Translations under genes and position numbers: made by a program
Shown here: positions 18,591 to 20,000 of the stretch, one piece after another
Layout: every line of letters begins with the position of its first letter
Position numbering within the stretch: position 1 is the first letter of the stretch
From: an uncultured Planctomycetaceae bacterium
GTDB taxonomy: Bacteria > Planctomycetota > Planctomycetia > Planctomycetales > Planctomycetaceae
Length of the DNA stretch: 20,000 nucleotides
Direction of reading: 5' to 3'
Assembly (NCBI GenBank): GCA_963976765.1
Contig: CAXBME010000023.1
Coordinates: 123,578 to 143,577, forward strand
The notes under the pieces: generated by a model
Told to the model about the DNA's origin: nothing
The model's database searches: none
What the model saw: only the letters and a program-made list of their open reading frames with translations

Positions 18591-19383
18591 GGCGGCCAAT
18601 CAACTCTCGCGCAGTTTGTAGATCTCGCATAGCATCGTCGTAAGTCAGTTTGAACGAGGACTCTATTCGCCCCTGCAGGTACTCACGATCTTGCTCATGC
18701 AGTTCGGTCAACTGCTCAAGACGATCATCGATCTTCTTTGAAACTTCAAGATCGTCAGGTGTCTTTGAATAGTTCTGGGTCAGTATTTGCAGTTCTCTGA
18801 GCACGATCTCAATTTCGGAAGGAGACGCGTCCGCGTCCGGAATCATGCCGAATAGGCGATTGACATGTGGTCCCCACCCAGACGCAGACGCTGGATTCCA
18901 GACGACTTCCCAGACGAGTGGTTCCAGAAGGTCAGCCAAGCTTTTCGGCATTTCGGATAGAGTCTCAAAGAGACCGCCAAGCTGCGACTGCTTCCAGAAT
19001 GCTGCTATCACTGCTTCGAGACTATCAAAATCCAGTTTATGAACATACCGGTCGACGATTCCCCGACCGATATGTTCATCCGCCTTTTTCTGAGAGGTCC
19101 GAAGACTGGACTGCACGACTGGAATGCCAGGCGCGTCTGCCTTCACTTTCTTTGCGAACGGAATCGCAAACTCATCAGTAACCACCATGCACGGTTTGGC
19201 GCGTCCAGGACGCCTTCTCTCGACAAATTCCTGTTGAGCCTCGTGCCATTGCGTAAATCTAACTAGCTCTAATTGCGGGCTCACCCTCGCGAGGATCGCT
19301 TCGAAGCCGGCCCATGTTTTCTCCTTCGTGCTGTTGTCGAGCCAGAAGACCGCGGGCTTGGAATAGGCATTTCTGTCAGTCAC
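18508..19383 (-). CDS. Atypical response-regulator receiver domain fused to an unknown helical C-terminal domain (291 aa)
   Basis: GTG 19383 has the RBS AGGAGG and overlaps the upstream stop (GTGA). Receiver landmarks occur in order: VFWLDN (acidic pocket), PCMVVTD (phosphoacceptor Asp), IPVVQSS (S/T) and VDRYVHK (conserved Lys). Confidence 0.72.
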   Translation of the reverse strand: MTDRNAYSKPAVFWLDNSTKEKTWAGFEAILARVSPQLELVRFTQWHEAQQEFVERRRPGRAKPCMVVTDEFAIPFAKKVKADAPGIPVVQSSLRTSQKKADEHIGRGIVDRYVHKLDFDSLEAVIAAFWKQSQLGGLFETLSEMPKSLADLLEPLVWEVVWNPASASGWGPHVNRLFGMIPDADASPSEIEIVLRELQILTQNYSKTPDDLEVSKKIDDRLEQLTELHEQDREYLQGRIESSFKLTYDDAMRDLQTARELIGRHEDSARSDRSSRGPHASEAQAPTEQGD

Positions 19384-20000
19384 TTCGAGCCTCCTGCTCG
19401 AAAACGGGTCAATGCGGGCAGATGCAGCATAAACCGAGTTGGCTCTTGTCGACATTCGAGTTCCAGCGTCCATCCGAACTCCTGAGCCAGGTACGCGCAG
19501 TAGATTAGCCCCGTGCTGCCATTCAGGGCTCGCTTCTGCAGGAACTGTGCCGGGTGTTTGAGACGCTCTCGTATTGACTCAGCGAGGACATCGTCAGTGA
19601 TGCCACGCCCGCTGTCTTCGACAGTCACGGTCAGCGTTCCGGCGTCGTCAAATGAGGTCCCGATTGAAATGACGCCTTTATTGTACTCGCCGATCGCTGA
19701 ATCGGAGTTTCTGATCAGGCTCAACAGAATCTGGATTAACGGATGATGGCTGGAACCGTATTCAAAGCCTGTCAGCTGAGCAGGAATGTCGAAATCAGCA
19801 GCACTTTGGAGTTGTGGTCTCATGATGCGGTGCGAAAACGCTATGTCATCGTCTACAGAGCATGCCTGTATGTCGTCTTTGTCGGTCTCTCGACGAAAGA
19901 GGTTGCTGAGTTCAATATGAGTCTCTCGCAAATCACTAAGACGCGAGATGATGTCCCGCTGAGTGTTGAAAGTTGAAAATCCGGTGGCGGCTCCTTTGCC
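19380..20000 (-). CDS. Histidine-kinase-type GHKL ATPase (HATPase_c), 5'-truncated by the window edge
   Basis: The frame is open up to position 20000. It has the N-box LIQILLSLIRNSDSAI, the G1-box VTVEDSGRGI, a degenerate G2-box GSTGLIYC and the terminal strand TRFMLHLP. No H-box is visible in the window. Confidence 0.85.
   Translation of the reverse strand, partial: GKGAATGFSTFNTQRDIISRLSDLRETHIELSNLFRRETDKDDIQACSVDDDIAFSHRIMRPQLQSAADFDIPAQLTGFEYGSSHHPLIQILLSLIRNSDSAIGEYNKGVISIGTSFDDAGTLTVTVEDSGRGITDDVLAESIRERLKHPAQFLQKRALNGSTGLIYCAYLAQEFGWTLELECRQEPTRFMLHLPALTRFRAGGSK

Noticed and set aside
19384..19473. Listed start of the 321-aa ORF at 19473
   Set aside because: It would overlap the ATPase gene by about 90 nt. 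GTG 19383 has an AGGAGG RBS, overlaps the upstream stop and sits just before receiver strand beta-1.
1..20000. CRISPR array, tRNA (including selC), rRNA, integrase or transposase
   Set aside because: No regularly spaced repeats, cloverleaf or recombinase motifs were recognised by eye. The Sec machinery must be encoded elsewhere if present.

Overview
GC-rich bacterial window, most likely from a Planctomycete (inferred from the gene content: two sulfatases, DUF1080, a Tat-signal DUF3500, a CE15 esterase and long secreted proteins). Core and catabolic genes are a 5'-truncated sulfatase, ispD, a large secreted alpha/beta-hydrolase-like protein, a CE15 esterase, a DUF3500 protein, aroA-rsmB, a DUF1080 protein, a beta-propeller glycosidase, a second sulfatase and xylB. 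Two things stand out. (1) The ORF track splits one gene in two: 7605..6190 (-) is a single frame broken only by an in-frame TGA in FGCLT-U-PPF, with a SECIS-like hairpin just downstream. It predicts a secreted selenoprotein combining a deiodinase-like thioredoxin fold, a DsbD-N-like Cx6C domain and EF-hands. (2) The right end holds a lower-GC, overlapping three-gene module: histidine-kinase-type ATPase, atypical receiver fused to a helical domain, and HNH endonuclease. It is a candidate signal-gated nuclease defence or conflict system. No rRNA, tRNA, CRISPR array or transposase was recognised. All family assignments come from motif recognition by eye, not from database searches.
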